This document shows positions 51,582 through 62,188 of a DNA stretch of 64,000 bases, piece after piece. Positions within the stretch are counted from its first letter, which is position 1. The number at the start of each line of letters is the position of its first letter. This DNA comes from an uncultured Bacilli bacterium (lineage in GTDB: Bacteria > Bacillota_I > Bacilli_A > RFN20 > CAG-826). The stretch is from contig CALVOX010000007.1 in NCBI GenBank assembly GCA_944350425.1, positions 5,617 to 69,616 of the forward strand, in the 5' to 3' direction. A model generated the notes under the pieces. It saw only the letters and a program-made list of their open reading frames with translations, was not told the DNA's origin and searched no databases. A program made the position numbers and the translations under genes.

Positions 51582-53018
51582 ATGGCTAAGATTGAAGTTA
51601 AAAATAAATCGATTACTTCTAGAGATGAAGATTTCGCTCAATGGTATACCGATGTTTGTAAAAAAGCAGAATTAATGGATTATTATCAAACAAAAGGATT
51701 TATTATTTATAGACCTTATGGTTATGCTATTTGGGAAAATATTAAAAATTATTTAGATGAAAAATTTAAGGCAACAGGACACTCAAATGTCTATATGCCT
51801 ATGGTCATTCCAACAAGTTTATTTCAAAAGGAAAAAGATCATATTGAAGGCTTTGCTCCAGAAACACTTGTTGCAACAATTGGAGGAAGTCAAGAAATCC
51901 AAGATCCTTTAATTATTAGACCAACCTCCGAATGTGTTTTCACTGACCATTTCTCTCATATTATCTCTTCTTATAGAGATTTGCCAGTTAAATATAATCA
52001 ATGGTGTTCGGTTGTTAGATGGGAAAAAACAACAAGACCATTTCTTAGAGGAAGTGAATTCTTGTGGCAAGAAGGACACACAATGCATGCAAGTGAAGTT
52101 GAAGCTAGAGAAGAAACTTTAAAAATGCTTGAAATATACGATTCTTTAGGAAAAGATTTACTTGCTATTCCTTTTGTGAAAGGAAGAAAAACTGAAAAAG
52201 AAAAATTTGCTGGTGCAGAAGAAACTTATTCTATCGAGGCTTTAATGCATGATGGAAAAGCTCTTCAAAGCGGAACAAGTCACTATTTTGGGCAAGGTTT
52301 TGCTAAAGCTTTTGATGTTAAATATTTAGATAAAGATGGAAAAATTAAAAACCCATATCAAACTTCATGGGGGGCTTCAACAAGATTAATTGGTGCTATT
52401 ATTATGGTTCATGGCGATGATAATGGTTTAGTTTTGCCTCCTTTTGTTGCTCCTATTCAAACTGTTATTGTCCCAATTCAAATGTCAAAAGAAGGAGTTT
52501 TAGCAAAATGTAGAGAAATCTTTGCTAAACTTAAAGAAGCCGGAATTAGAGTTAAACTTGATGATTCGGATAAGACACCTGGTTGGAAATTTTCTGAATA
52601 TGAAATGAAAGGTGTACCTTTAAGAATTGAACTTGGGCCAAGAGACTTAGAAAAAGGCGTCTTAACTATTGTTAAAAGAAATGATTTGACTAAAGAAACT
52701 ATTTCTATTGATGATGTTGTTAGTGAAGTAAAAAGACTTTTAGATACTGTCCATCATGAAATGTATCAAGCGGCTTTTAAGAATTTAATGGAAAATATTA
52801 CTGAAGTTCATTCTTATGAAGAATTAAAAGAAGTAGTTAATAAAGGCGGATACGCTAAGATGATGTGGTGTGGTGATGAAGAGTGTGAAAATAAAATTAA
52901 AGAAGATACAAATGCTACTTCACGCTGCATTCCTTTTGATCAAACTCATTTTGATGATGTTTGTCCAGTTTGTGGTAAAAAAGCAAAATACGTTGTTTAT
53001 TTTGCAAAAGCATATTAA
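51582..53018 (+). CDS. proS: proline--tRNA ligase (archaeal/eukaryotic-type class II)
   Basis: MAKIEVKNKSITSRDEDFAQWYTDVCKKAELMDY and a C-terminal Zn-binding Cys cluster. Confidence 0.92.
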   Translation: MAKIEVKNKSITSRDEDFAQWYTDVCKKAELMDYYQTKGFIIYRPYGYAIWENIKNYLDEKFKATGHSNVYMPMVIPTSLFQKEKDHIEGFAPETLVATIGGSQEIQDPLIIRPTSECVFTDHFSHIISSYRDLPVKYNQWCSVVRWEKTTRPFLRGSEFLWQEGHTMHASEVEAREETLKMLEIYDSLGKDLLAIPFVKGRKTEKEKFAGAEETYSIEALMHDGKALQSGTSHYFGQGFAKAFDVKYLDKDGKIKNPYQTSWGASTRLIGAIIMVHGDDNGLVLPPFVAPIQTVIVPIQMSKEGVLAKCREIFAKLKEAGIRVKLDDSDKTPGWKFSEYEMKGVPLRIELGPRDLEKGVLTIVKRNDLTKETISIDDVVSEVKRLLDTVHHEMYQAAFKNLMENITEVHSYEELKEVVNKGGYAKMMWCGDEECENKIKEDTNATSRCIPFDQTHFDDVCPVCGKKAKYVVYFAKAY

Positions 53019-53029
53019 TTAAAACAATC

Positions 53030-53097
53030 AGCTTAACTAGTTTAATGACTAGTTAAGCTAAAAAGAGCAATAAAAAAATGCGATTATTCATCGCATT
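53030..53097. terminator. two hairpins (AGCTTAACTAG…CTAGTTAAGCT; AATGCGAT-TATTC-ATCGCATT) between proS and the convergent tRNA
   Basis: Read directly. The second hairpin is followed by T7 on the minus strand. Confidence 0.55.
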
Positions 53098-53110
53098 AAT
53101 TACTTAATAA

Positions 53111-53200
53111 TGGCGGAGTAAGAGAGGATCGAACTCTCGCACCGGTTGCCCGATCTACTTCCTTAGCAGGGAAGCCCCTTCACCACTTGGGTATTACTCC
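53111..53200 (-). tRNA. tRNA-Ser (anticodon GCU), 90 nt with encoded CCA
   Basis: Reverse complement GGAGTAATACCCAAGTGGTGAAGGGG CTTCC-CUGCUAA-GGAAG … GAGTTCGATCCTCTCTTACTCCGCCA. Confidence 0.85.
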
Positions 53201-53292
53201 ACTACCAATTTGTAACTGCCTTTTTAAGGCCTAGTTATAATAACATAGATAAATTTAATTTTCACTATTTTTTTAATAAATATTTAGATATT

Positions 53293-54846
53293 ATGAAATT
53301 AGATAAGCTTAACCGAACATATAAAGAAAAAGATGCACCGAAAAGCGTAGTTTATTCTTACTCTATTCTTTCAGGATTTAGAGATGCTTTAATGCAATTT
53401 ATTGCATTATTTTTACTTCTTTATGTTCAATTCGCCTCACCTTTAATTAATGAGAGCTTATCTAATTATGAAATGATGTATTTAATCATTACTTTAGGTG
53501 TTGCTTTAATTAAAGTTATTGCTGGACTTGCAACTGTTTTTATATCTTATTTTATTAATAAAGCGCATACAAGATTTGGAAAATTTCGTCCTTTTATTAT
53601 TGCAGGGAGCGTTTTAACAACAATATTTTATTTTTTAATGTTTTCTAATCTTGGCAGCGGTTATTTGTATGTTGCGTTATTTTTAATCTTTGTTCTTATT
53701 CATGAAGTTACTTATACAATTAACGATAATGCCTGGTGGAGTTATGTTCCTACTTTAAGCGAAGATGATGAAATAAGAGGTAAAATTCTTTCGATAATGA
53801 ATACTTCTATAGCTATCGGAACTTATGTAGTTGCAGCTATTTCTCCTTTAGTTACTACTGGAGATGCTAAAAAGAATTTAACTATAGTTGCAATAGTTTT
53901 AGGAGTGTTATATCTACTTTCTCAACTTATCTTTGCTTTATTTTTTATGAAAGAAAAAGAAGGAATTAATAAGAATAATTTTATCGATAGAAATGGAGTT
54001 TCTATCGATAAAGGAATAAGAGGTGTTTTTGCTATTTTATTTAAAGATAAACAAGTATTAATAGCAATGATTTCATTCTTTTTAATGTTTTGTGCACAAA
54101 TGACTTTAATGGGAAATAGTGCTAATTATTTTTATTATACTTATGGTTATGGTGAATTTGGTAGTATTCCTTTAAATAATGCAATGCTTTCAGGTGGAGC
54201 AATGTCATTTCTTTTTACTATTAGTTATGGTGTTGGCTATACAATTTCAATGATAACTTTTCCTTTGTTACAAAAGAAATTTACTAGAAAGAAATTACTG
54301 ATTGCTTCTTTAATTGTACTTACTTTAGGTTATTTATATTTATTTTTCTTTGGACTTAGTATTGGATTTGAAATATCTTTATTTATAGTTTCCTTAATTA
54401 CTTTTTATTTCCAAGGGGTTTATTATCTTATTTTTACATTAAATTGTACAAATTCGATTGAATATCATAAAGCTAAGTTCCATGAACAAAATGAAAGTGG
54501 GATATCTTCTTTTAAATCTTTAGGTGTTAAAAGTGCTAATGCTGTTCAAACAATTTTGCTTTATTTATTCTTATTTATTTCTAATTTACTACCTTTAAAT
54601 AGTGAGATTGCTTCTTTTGAGGCTCAATATAATTTAGGTCAAATTGATTTAGCTTTTAAAGAAAATAGTATCCGTGATGCTATCTTAAATTTTGCTAATA
54701 TTGATACATCTTTAATAATTTATCGCGTTGGAATTACAATTCTTCCTCTAATTTGTTTATTAGTTGGAGGACTTCTAACCTTATTTAAATTTAAATGTTT
54801 AGATGAAAAATATTATCAAGAAATCTTAAAAGAAATTAACGAGTGA
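53293..54846 (+). CDS. MFS/GPH-family sugar:cation symporter
   Basis: TRFGKFRPFII compared with the GPH motif RxGKFRPW. 12-TM profile. Confidence 0.6.
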   Translation: MKLDKLNRTYKEKDAPKSVVYSYSILSGFRDALMQFIALFLLLYVQFASPLINESLSNYEMMYLIITLGVALIKVIAGLATVFISYFINKAHTRFGKFRPFIIAGSVLTTIFYFLMFSNLGSGYLYVALFLIFVLIHEVTYTINDNAWWSYVPTLSEDDEIRGKILSIMNTSIAIGTYVVAAISPLVTTGDAKKNLTIVAIVLGVLYLLSQLIFALFFMKEKEGINKNNFIDRNGVSIDKGIRGVFAILFKDKQVLIAMISFFLMFCAQMTLMGNSANYFYYTYGYGEFGSIPLNNAMLSGGAMSFLFTISYGVGYTISMITFPLLQKKFTRKKLLIASLIVLTLGYLYLFFFGLSIGFEISLFIVSLITFYFQGVYYLIFTLNCTNSIEYHKAKFHEQNESGISSFKSLGVKSANAVQTILLYLFLFISNLLPLNSEIASFEAQYNLGQIDLAFKENSIRDAILNFANIDTSLIIYRVGITILPLICLLVGGLLTLFKFKCLDEKYYQEILKEINE

Positions 54847-54871
54847 TTTAAAATATATTTAGGGTAAAAAA

Positions 54872-56608
54872 ATGGAAGAAATTTATTATGGCGAATTTAT
54901 AAAAGAAAGAAGGATAAAACTTGGCTTATCGCAACAAGCATTAGCCAACGTTTTACAATGTAGTTATCAAGCTATTTCTAAATATGAAAGAGATTTAGTC
55001 AGGCTTGATATTTCTTTATTATCGAAACTGGCTTCAGTTTTAGAACTTGATGTTGAATCTTTTATATTAAAAAAAGAAGAAAAACTAAATGACTATGCTT
55101 CAAAGTTTAGTTTTGATTTTCAAAAGTTTACTACTAGACTCGTATATTTAAGAGAAAAAAGAGAAATTCCTCAAAAAGTTGCTGCTAAAAGTATCGGTAT
55201 TAAAGCTTCTAGACTTTCTAAGTTAGAAAATGGGCAAGCTGTAATTAAGATTGAAGAATTTGTTGCTTTAGCAAATTATTATGAAGTATCTTTAACTTCT
55301 TTTTACTATGCAATGAGTGATGAAGAACTATTTGAAGCATTTAATCCGGCTCCAGTAGAAGAGGTAAATGAAGTTAACGAAGATAACAAAGAAAAACCAA
55401 ATAAATTTATAGAATTAATTAAAAAACCTAAATTATATATTCCTTTAGCTTTAGGAGTTGTAGCAGTTTTAATTCTTTCAATTTCTTTACCTTTATCATT
55501 ACAAAATTCATCTTATGATTATTCAGATTTTGAATTTAGTAAAGACAAAAGAGGCTACATTTTAACTTCATATACTGGACTTGACGATACATCAGTTTTT
55601 ATTCCAGGCGAATATAAAGGTGAAAAAGTTTATAAAATTGGTGAAGAGGCTTTTAATAATTTAACTAATATTACTTCAATCGAAGTAGGAGAAGGAGTTG
55701 AAGAAATTGCATCAGGTGCTTTTTTACGTTGCTATAGTTTAAAAAAGATTAGCCTCCCTTCAACTTTAAATAGTTTAGGAGGCAATGCATTTTTTATTGC
55801 ATATTCTTTAAATCAAATTGATTTAGATGAAAATAATGAATATTTTGATGTCATTGATGGAAATCTATATTCAGAAGATCATAAAGTACTTTATAAAGTT
55901 TTGCCAAATATTGGTAATAATGGTAGAAGTTTTGATATTCCAGAAGGAGTAGAAACACTTAAATCTGGTTCTTTTGATTCAAATTATTATTTAGCTGACA
56001 TTTCTTTTCCAAGTAGTCTTAAAAAGATTGAAAAACAAGCCTTTATTGATTGCTATAACATTCAAGAACTTGTTTTTAATGAAGGCTTAGAAGAAATTGA
56101 TGTGGCGGGAATTTCAGGAGTTCATGATAATATTACAAATATCGTTCTGCCTTCAACAATAAAAGGTTTTGAAAATGGTAATCCATTTATTGATTTGCCA
56201 ACTTTAAATAGCGTTTCTTTTAGAGGAGAAAATCCTAATTTTAAAATTATTGATGGTTGTTTTTATAGCAACGATGGTTCAATTTTATATTATGTTCCAC
56301 AATGTTATCCTAATGATGTTTTAACGATTCCAGAAGAAACAAGAGTTATTAGCAAGTATGCAATTTCTTCTGTAAGAAGACTTTTAAATATCATTATTCC
56401 TTCAACTGTTGAAAGATTAAATTCATATGCTATTTTTTCAAATAAAGGTTTAGATTCAGTTTGCATTAAAGAAGGTGATCAAATTTTAGACCAATATTCG
56501 ATTTATAAATGTAATAATGCGACTATTTATATTGAAGCTGATACTTTATCAAATGGTTTTGATCAAAATTTCACCGATTCTGATTATGTTATAGGTGCTA
56601 CTTTATAG
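54872..56608 (+). CDS. membrane-anchored regulator: two XRE-type HTH domains, one TM helix, and an extracellular BspA-type leucine-rich-repeat domain
   Basis: HTH1 LGLSQQALANVLQCSYQAISKYERD; HTH2 REIPQKVAAKSIGIKASRLSKLENGQ; TM KLYIPLALGVVAVLILSISL; LRR_5-like repeats (…AFxxCxxLxxIxLPxSL…). Confidence 0.65.
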   Translation: MEEIYYGEFIKERRIKLGLSQQALANVLQCSYQAISKYERDLVRLDISLLSKLASVLELDVESFILKKEEKLNDYASKFSFDFQKFTTRLVYLREKREIPQKVAAKSIGIKASRLSKLENGQAVIKIEEFVALANYYEVSLTSFYYAMSDEELFEAFNPAPVEEVNEVNEDNKEKPNKFIELIKKPKLYIPLALGVVAVLILSISLPLSLQNSSYDYSDFEFSKDKRGYILTSYTGLDDTSVFIPGEYKGEKVYKIGEEAFNNLTNITSIEVGEGVEEIASGAFLRCYSLKKISLPSTLNSLGGNAFFIAYSLNQIDLDENNEYFDVIDGNLYSEDHKVLYKVLPNIGNNGRSFDIPEGVETLKSGSFDSNYYLADISFPSSLKKIEKQAFIDCYNIQELVFNEGLEEIDVAGISGVHDNITNIVLPSTIKGFENGNPFIDLPTLNSVSFRGENPNFKIIDGCFYSNDGSILYYVPQCYPNDVLTIPEETRVISKYAISSVRRLLNIIIPSTVERLNSYAIFSNKGLDSVCIKEGDQILDQYSIYKCNNATIYIEADTLSNGFDQNFTDSDYVIGATL

Positions 56609-56618
56609 GAGGCAGGTT

Positions 56619-57746
56619 ATGCCAAGAAAAAAGAAATCGAAAAAAATAAAAAATACTATAATCTCTTTAGTTTCGTTAGTAGTAGTTTGCGCAATTGCTG
56701 TTGGAGTTTACTATGTTTATGAAACATATATTAAAAAACCTGAACCTGAAGAACCACCGGTTGAACTTCCTACTACATTAGGTGAAGCAAATGTTGCTTC
56801 GACTTTATCATGGAACGAAGAGTTTAATATTTCTTCAACTAGCGTTTTTTATCAATATGATGAAAATTCAATCAATTCATATTATAAAAATATTGATTTT
56901 GAAGCTGAAACTGAAGATTTATTTTCTTCTCTTCAAACTTTACTAGAAACAAATCAACTTAAGGTTAATTATACTGGAACTAATTCAACCTTAAGTATGT
57001 CTAAAACTTGGGCAAATTATTGTTTAACCGATAGAGATTACACTGTCGATAATTTAACAAAAGCAGAAGTTGAAACTGGAAAATGGAAGATGGATGGAGC
57101 ATCTTTAGACATTTTATATAGAAAAGATAATCTTATTTTTGATAAAGATAAAAATGGTACTGAAATGCAAATTGATAGAGAACATATTCTTCCAAAATCG
57201 TATGGTTTTAATGCTGATGGAGACGGTTATCAAGATTATTTTGCAGGATGTGATTTACATAATTTAAGAGTTTCTGATCATGGTGGCAACTCTACTGCCC
57301 ATAACAATAGACTTTATGATGATTTAAACCCTTCTGATCCAAATGTTTTATCTTTAGATGATCCTGATGGAAAATCTACTTCATATTATAATAAAGACAA
57401 AGGATTATTTATGCCACCTGATGAAGATAAAGGTGAAATTGCTAGAGCTATTTTCTATATGGCTACTAGATATCATAACTATGAAGAAAAAGATGCTTTA
57501 GGAAACGCTTCTCCAGCAATTGTTTTAAAATCAGATGTTACTTATATGGGTGCTAAAACAATTTCGCCTGAACAAACAAAAGATTCTCCAGCTGAATTTG
57601 GTATATTATCAACACTTTTAGAACGGAATCAATTAGATCCAGTAAGTGAAAATGAAATGACAAGAAATAATCTTGTATATAATTTACAAGGGAATAGAAA
57701 TCCTTTCATTGATTTTCCTAATTTAGCTAATATCTTATTTGCTTAA
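56619..57746 (+). CDS. membrane-anchored extracellular endonuclease I-family nuclease
   Basis: N-terminal TM helix, DREHILPKS and DLHNLRVSDHGGNSTAHNNRLYDD (endonuclease I signature). RBS AGGAGG. Confidence 0.55.
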   Translation: MPRKKKSKKIKNTIISLVSLVVVCAIAVGVYYVYETYIKKPEPEEPPVELPTTLGEANVASTLSWNEEFNISSTSVFYQYDENSINSYYKNIDFEAETEDLFSSLQTLLETNQLKVNYTGTNSTLSMSKTWANYCLTDRDYTVDNLTKAEVETGKWKMDGASLDILYRKDNLIFDKDKNGTEMQIDREHILPKSYGFNADGDGYQDYFAGCDLHNLRVSDHGGNSTAHNNRLYDDLNPSDPNVLSLDDPDGKSTSYYNKDKGLFMPPDEDKGEIARAIFYMATRYHNYEEKDALGNASPAIVLKSDVTYMGAKTISPEQTKDSPAEFGILSTLLERNQLDPVSENEMTRNNLVYNLQGNRNPFIDFPNLANILFA

Positions 57747-58952
57747 AAAATCAATATATCCTTCTTCGTTGAAGGTATCTACTTTGCCTTTAATTAATCT
57801 TTTAATGTAACTAATGAATTCATTAGTTACATTTTTGTTTTTATAATCTAAATATTTATCATCAATTTTTCTTTCTTTATTTGCCACTAAACTAATATCA
57901 ACAAAATCAAATTTATAGGAAGAATTATTTTCATCATAATTAATTGTTAACATTTTTTTGTTTAAATCTTTATTATTAAGTGCTTCTTTAAGTAAGAAAG
58001 AAGAAGAACTTAATGCTAAGTCTTGCTCAGTTTTAGAAGGTGAAAAAGAATTTGCTCTTTGTAATAAAGAAAGTTCAATACTCCTAACTTTAAAATTGAA
58101 TTTTGACTCAACTAAAGATGCTAAATAGTGTGAAACACCGCCTAATGAATGATGAGAAAATACATCTAATGAGGAATTAGCCTCATAAATTAATTCGTTT
58201 TTATTATTTTTAATTCCTTCACTAACTACAACTAAACAATGCTTTTTCATAGAATAAATATTTTTTACTTGATTTAAAAAATCATCAATATCAAAAACAA
58301 ATTCTGGTAAATATATTAAATCAATATCTATTCCAATTGTTTTTAAAAAGAATGAAGAAGCAGTTAACCATCCAACATTTCTTCCCATAACTTCAACAAT
58401 ATTTACACGTCCAACTTTATATGAAGCATCGTCATAATAAATATTAATTATTGAGTTAATAATAAATTTTGCAGCACTAGGAAAACCAAAAGAAAAATCG
58501 GTATACATTAAATCATTATCTATGGTTTTTGGGATTCCAAGACATATACAGTCATAATTTTTAAGCGATAAATAATTCGATATTTTATTGATAGTGTCCA
58601 TAGAATCATTACCGCCATTATAAAAGAAGTAACGAATATTATATTTTTTAAAAATTTCTAAAATTTTAATGTAATCAGCCTCATCTTTATTAAAGTCTTT
58701 TAATTTATATCTATTTGACCCAAAGTAAGCGCCTGATGTATTAAGTAGTTTTTGGTATTTTGAATAATTTTTGAAGTCTATTTCGACTAATTCTTCATTT
58801 AATAATCCTTCAATTCCATATTTCATTGAATAAAATTTATCAATTTTATCAGCATTTTTGCTAGCTTCAATAACTAGCCCATAGAAAGAAGTGTTAATGA
58901 CACTTGTAGGGCCGCCACTTTGACCATAAAGAATATTTCCTGTTAATTTCAT
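57735..58952 (-). CDS. pfk: 6-phosphofructokinase (long, possibly PPi-dependent type)
   Basis: GQSGGPTSVIN and PKTIDNDL. Confidence 0.8.
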   Translation of the reverse strand: MKLTGNILYGQSGGPTSVINTSFYGLVIEASKNADKIDKFYSMKYGIEGLLNEELVEIDFKNYSKYQKLLNTSGAYFGSNRYKLKDFNKDEADYIKILEIFKKYNIRYFFYNGGNDSMDTINKISNYLSLKNYDCICLGIPKTIDNDLMYTDFSFGFPSAAKFIINSIINIYYDDASYKVGRVNIVEVMGRNVGWLTASSFFLKTIGIDIDLIYLPEFVFDIDDFLNQVKNIYSMKKHCLVVVSEGIKNNKNELIYEANSSLDVFSHHSLGGVSHYLASLVESKFNFKVRSIELSLLQRANSFSPSKTEQDLALSSSSFLLKEALNNKDLNKKMLTINYDENNSSYKFDFVDISLVANKERKIDDKYLDYKNKNVTNEFISYIKRLIKGKVDTFNEEGYIDFLSK

Positions 58953-59024
58953 AGGATAATTTTAATTATTTTTTAATGATATTTAAAGTTAAATCATATA
59001 TCATAAGGAAGGAAATTATTTTAT

Positions 59025-59825
59025 ATGAAAAAGAATATTTTTGCAGTTGATGTTGATGGAACGTTAATTCAAAGTGGAACAGGTAAACTTGGTGAAGAAA
59101 ATTTAAACGCAATAAAAACTATATTAAATCATAATGATATTTTTTGTTTCTCTTCCGGAAGAACTTTTAGGTCGCTTAAACATCTTTTAAAAGGAAATGA
59201 TTTAGATATAATTTATATTTGTGAAAATGGTAATCTAATTCGCACTAATAACGAGATTCTTTTTGTTAATGTAATAAAAAAAGAATTAGTTTTGCATATA
59301 ATAGATTTTTTATACAAAAACCATGGTGAAAAAATTGGTATTTTAGTTTCTCTAGTTGATAAATGTTTATATTATGAAAATAAAAGACTTGTTATTGATT
59401 TTAAAACTCCTGCTTATGAAAACTTAGAGTATCAAGATTTTTTAAATATTTTTAAGGATCAAGACGTAATCAAAATATCTATTTATATGAACGAATTATG
59501 TGATGAATTCTATGAAATATATCGCGATTTAAATCGATTATTTGAAGGACAAATCGAAGTTTTTGATGCCAATAATAGGTGGATTGACATTTCAAAAATC
59601 GGCGGAAACAAAGGAAACGGAGTTAAATTCATCGTCGATAAATTTAACTTAAACTACGATAATTTATATACTTTTGGGGATGGTGAAAATGATTTAAGTA
59701 TGCTAAGCCTTACGAAAAATTCTTTTTCGCCGTTTCTTGCTTTAGATAAAGTAAAAGATAAAGTTAATTTTCTTTATTCGTCGTTTCCGAAGATAATTGA
59801 CGCTTTTTATTTAGATAAGAAATAA
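59025..59825 (+). CDS. Cof-type HAD-IIB phosphatase
   Basis: IFAVDVDGTLI and GDGENDLSML. Confidence 0.7.
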   Translation: MKKNIFAVDVDGTLIQSGTGKLGEENLNAIKTILNHNDIFCFSSGRTFRSLKHLLKGNDLDIIYICENGNLIRTNNEILFVNVIKKELVLHIIDFLYKNHGEKIGILVSLVDKCLYYENKRLVIDFKTPAYENLEYQDFLNIFKDQDVIKISIYMNELCDEFYEIYRDLNRLFEGQIEVFDANNRWIDISKIGGNKGNGVKFIVDKFNLNYDNLYTFGDGENDLSMLSLTKNSFSPFLALDKVKDKVNFLYSSFPKIIDAFYLDKK

Positions 59826-60378
59826 TTCCTTTATAACTTAAAATAACAATAATTGATACTACTGCTCCTTCAAAAAGTCCGGCTAAACAATCAGTAAAAT
59901 AGTGATGGAGTAAAGCAATTCTTGAAAACATTACTAAAATCATAATTATAAAAAATACTATAGAATAACCTAGATATGATTTAGTTTTTCTTTTATCGAT
60001 TAATAAGTAATAGAAAAAGAAAGAAAAACTTCCGGTACTTGTTATTGCACTATGTCCACTTGGAAAAGAATAACCATCAATATGGAAGCCAGGAGAAGTA
60101 GTTAAACCTAAATCAACAAATGGCCTTGATCTTTCAAATATGTTTTTAAATACTAAATCATTTAATAAATAAGTAACTATTAATGTAATTAACATTAAGA
60201 TTCCAACCCATCTATTTTCTTTTTTGATTAAAAACATTGCGGCAATAACAAAATAGAAAATAAAGAAGCAAGAAAAAATAGTCATCCATTCAGTGAATGA
60301 TTCGCTTCCAATATAATTTTTAAAAAACTCTCTAATCCCCTCATCTAAAGGATTAATCCAACTAGCTAAAATCTTCAT
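59764..60378 (-). CDS. PAP2-family phosphatase (undecaprenyl-diphosphatase-like)
   Basis: KxxxxxRP, PSGHS, SRIALLHHYFTD. Confidence 0.75.
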   Translation of the reverse strand: MKILASWINPLDEGIREFFKNYIGSESFTEWMTIFSCFFIFYFVIAAMFLIKKENRWVGILMLITLIVTYLLNDLVFKNIFERSRPFVDLGLTTSPGFHIDGYSFPSGHSAITSTGSFSFFFYYLLIDKRKTKSYLGYSIVFFIIMILVMFSRIALLHHYFTDCLAGLFEGAVVSIIVILSYKGIISYLNKKRQLSSETTNKEN

Positions 60379-60599
60379 AAGTTAATATTAATTCAAATCA
60401 AAATAATTTTACATAGAAAAATTGTTAAAAAATTATAAAAAGCATAAAAAGGCGATTATTATCGCATAATTTTATGGTGTATAATTATCTTTACATTGAT
60501 GTAAAGTAAAGTGTAAAGAAGCTTTTTCTATTCAAAAAGTAAATCTATTGATAGACTTAAAGCAACATTTGAAGAGCTACTAAATGGAGGCAAAAAAAT

Positions 60600-61412
60600 A
60601 TGGAAGAAAACATTGGAAAAAGATTAAGTGAGTTTAGAAAAAGAAAAGGATATTCTCAAGAAGAATTAGCTTCTAAACTCAATGTTTCTAGACAATCAAT
60701 AATTAATTGGGAAAACGGAGATGCGACTCCTTCGTTATATTATTTAAAAGATTTAGCAAACCTTTATGGAGTAAGTATTGATGACTTAATAAATGTTATT
60801 AAACCAATCGATGATTGCTATAAAAAAGATAAAGAGAGAACGGAACATATCCATATTAATAAAAAAGGGGTTTTTATTAATGCTGATGATGACCATGTTA
60901 CTATTTCTAAAGATGGAATAAAGATTACGGACATAAGTGGTGATGAGTTTACTTTAGATAATAAAAAAGAAAAGAATAAAAAGTTTTATAAAAAGCTCGC
61001 TAGTTTAATAGATGGTTCGATGTTAATTTTAGTTTGCATCGTTTATCTTGTTCTTGGCTTTATTAATAACAACTATTTTTCTCTTCTTTGGCCAATGTTT
61101 TTAGGTGCATTTATCCCTGGAGGATTATTTAGATGTATTGCTTTAAAGAAAGCTAGTCAGTTTCCAATTGTTTGGATTGCTACCGGAATCTATTTCTTTA
61201 TTGGAATGATGTTTCCTTATTATTTAAATATAAATGGTTGGCATCCTTATTGGGCAATATTATTTATAATTCCATTATATTTTATCTTTGTAAATTCTAT
61301 TGAATCATTATTAAAACTTAGAAAACATAATGATAGTAATGATAAAGACGATAAAGTTATCGATATTACTACCGATGAACATGAATTGGGTGAAAGCGAA
61401 GAAAAAGAATAA
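60600..61412 (+). CDS. XRE-family HTH regulator with C-terminal TM segments
   Basis: LSEFRKRKGYSQEELASKLNVSRQSIINWENG. Confidence 0.65.
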   Translation: MEENIGKRLSEFRKRKGYSQEELASKLNVSRQSIINWENGDATPSLYYLKDLANLYGVSIDDLINVIKPIDDCYKKDKERTEHIHINKKGVFINADDDHVTISKDGIKITDISGDEFTLDNKKEKNKKFYKKLASLIDGSMLILVCIVYLVLGFINNNYFSLLWPMFLGAFIPGGLFRCIALKKASQFPIVWIATGIYFFIGMMFPYYLNINGWHPYWAILFIIPLYFIFVNSIESLLKLRKHNDSNDKDDKVIDITTDEHELGESEEKE

Positions 61413-61443
61413 AAAAATTGGAAGGTTAACCTTCCAATTTTTA
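61411..61443. terminator. bidirectional terminator (TTGGAAGGTT/AACCTTCCAA palindrome, A7/T4)
   Basis: Read directly. Confidence 0.65.
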
Positions 61444-62064
61444 ATGTATTTCACCATTTAAGAATGCTTTAAGTACTGCACCTAATACTTCAATTGATTT
61501 ATTATCATAACCATCATTGTTAATGATTAAGTCGGCATAATATTGAGATGGTCCGATAATTTCTTCATACATTGGTTGAACAGTGCTGAAATATTGAGCG
61601 ATAATCGATTCTTTTGTTCTCTTTCTTTCGATAATATCTCTTTCTATTCTTCTTAATAATCTTCTTTCTCTTGAGGCATTAATAAATACTTTTAAATCAC
61701 CTAAATCTCTTACTTTTTTATTAACTAGACCCATAATTCCTTCAACTATAATTAGTTTTTTAGGTTCAACATGTTCTACTTCATTAGAACGAGTATAGTT
61801 AACATAATCATAAAGCGGTTTATCAATTGCGTTACCATTTTTTAAGGCGAATAGTTGTTCATACATATATTTCCAATCAAAAGCCTTAGGATGATCGAAA
61901 CTTTGCTTCTTTCTTTCTTCTAAAGGCATGTTTGATAAATCCTTATAGTAATCGTCAATTGAAAAATGAACGACATTATCTTCACCAATTATTTTTATAA
62001 CTTCGTTAATAACATAAGTTTTGCCGCTGCTAGAGCCGCCACCAACTAAAATTAATTTTGACAT
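61441..62064 (-). CDS. udk: uridine kinase
   Basis: LILVGGGSSSGKTYV. Confidence 0.85.
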   Translation of the reverse strand: MSKLILVGGGSSSGKTYVINEVIKIIGEDNVVHFSIDDYYKDLSNMPLEERKKQSFDHPKAFDWKYMYEQLFALKNGNAIDKPLYDYVNYTRSNEVEHVEPKKLIIVEGIMGLVNKKVRDLGDLKVFINASRERRLLRRIERDIIERKRTKESIIAQYFSTVQPMYEEIIGPSQYYADLIINNDGYDNKSIEVLGAVLKAFLNGEIH

Positions 62065-62188
62065 ACAAAATTAGCCCTTTTAATTGTATAATATTTTAAG
62101 AACGTTTTAGAAATTAATTTTCTATTATTTTTCAAACGATTGGCTATATATTTATTAATTTATATTTGTAGAGAGGTTTATAAAAGAG

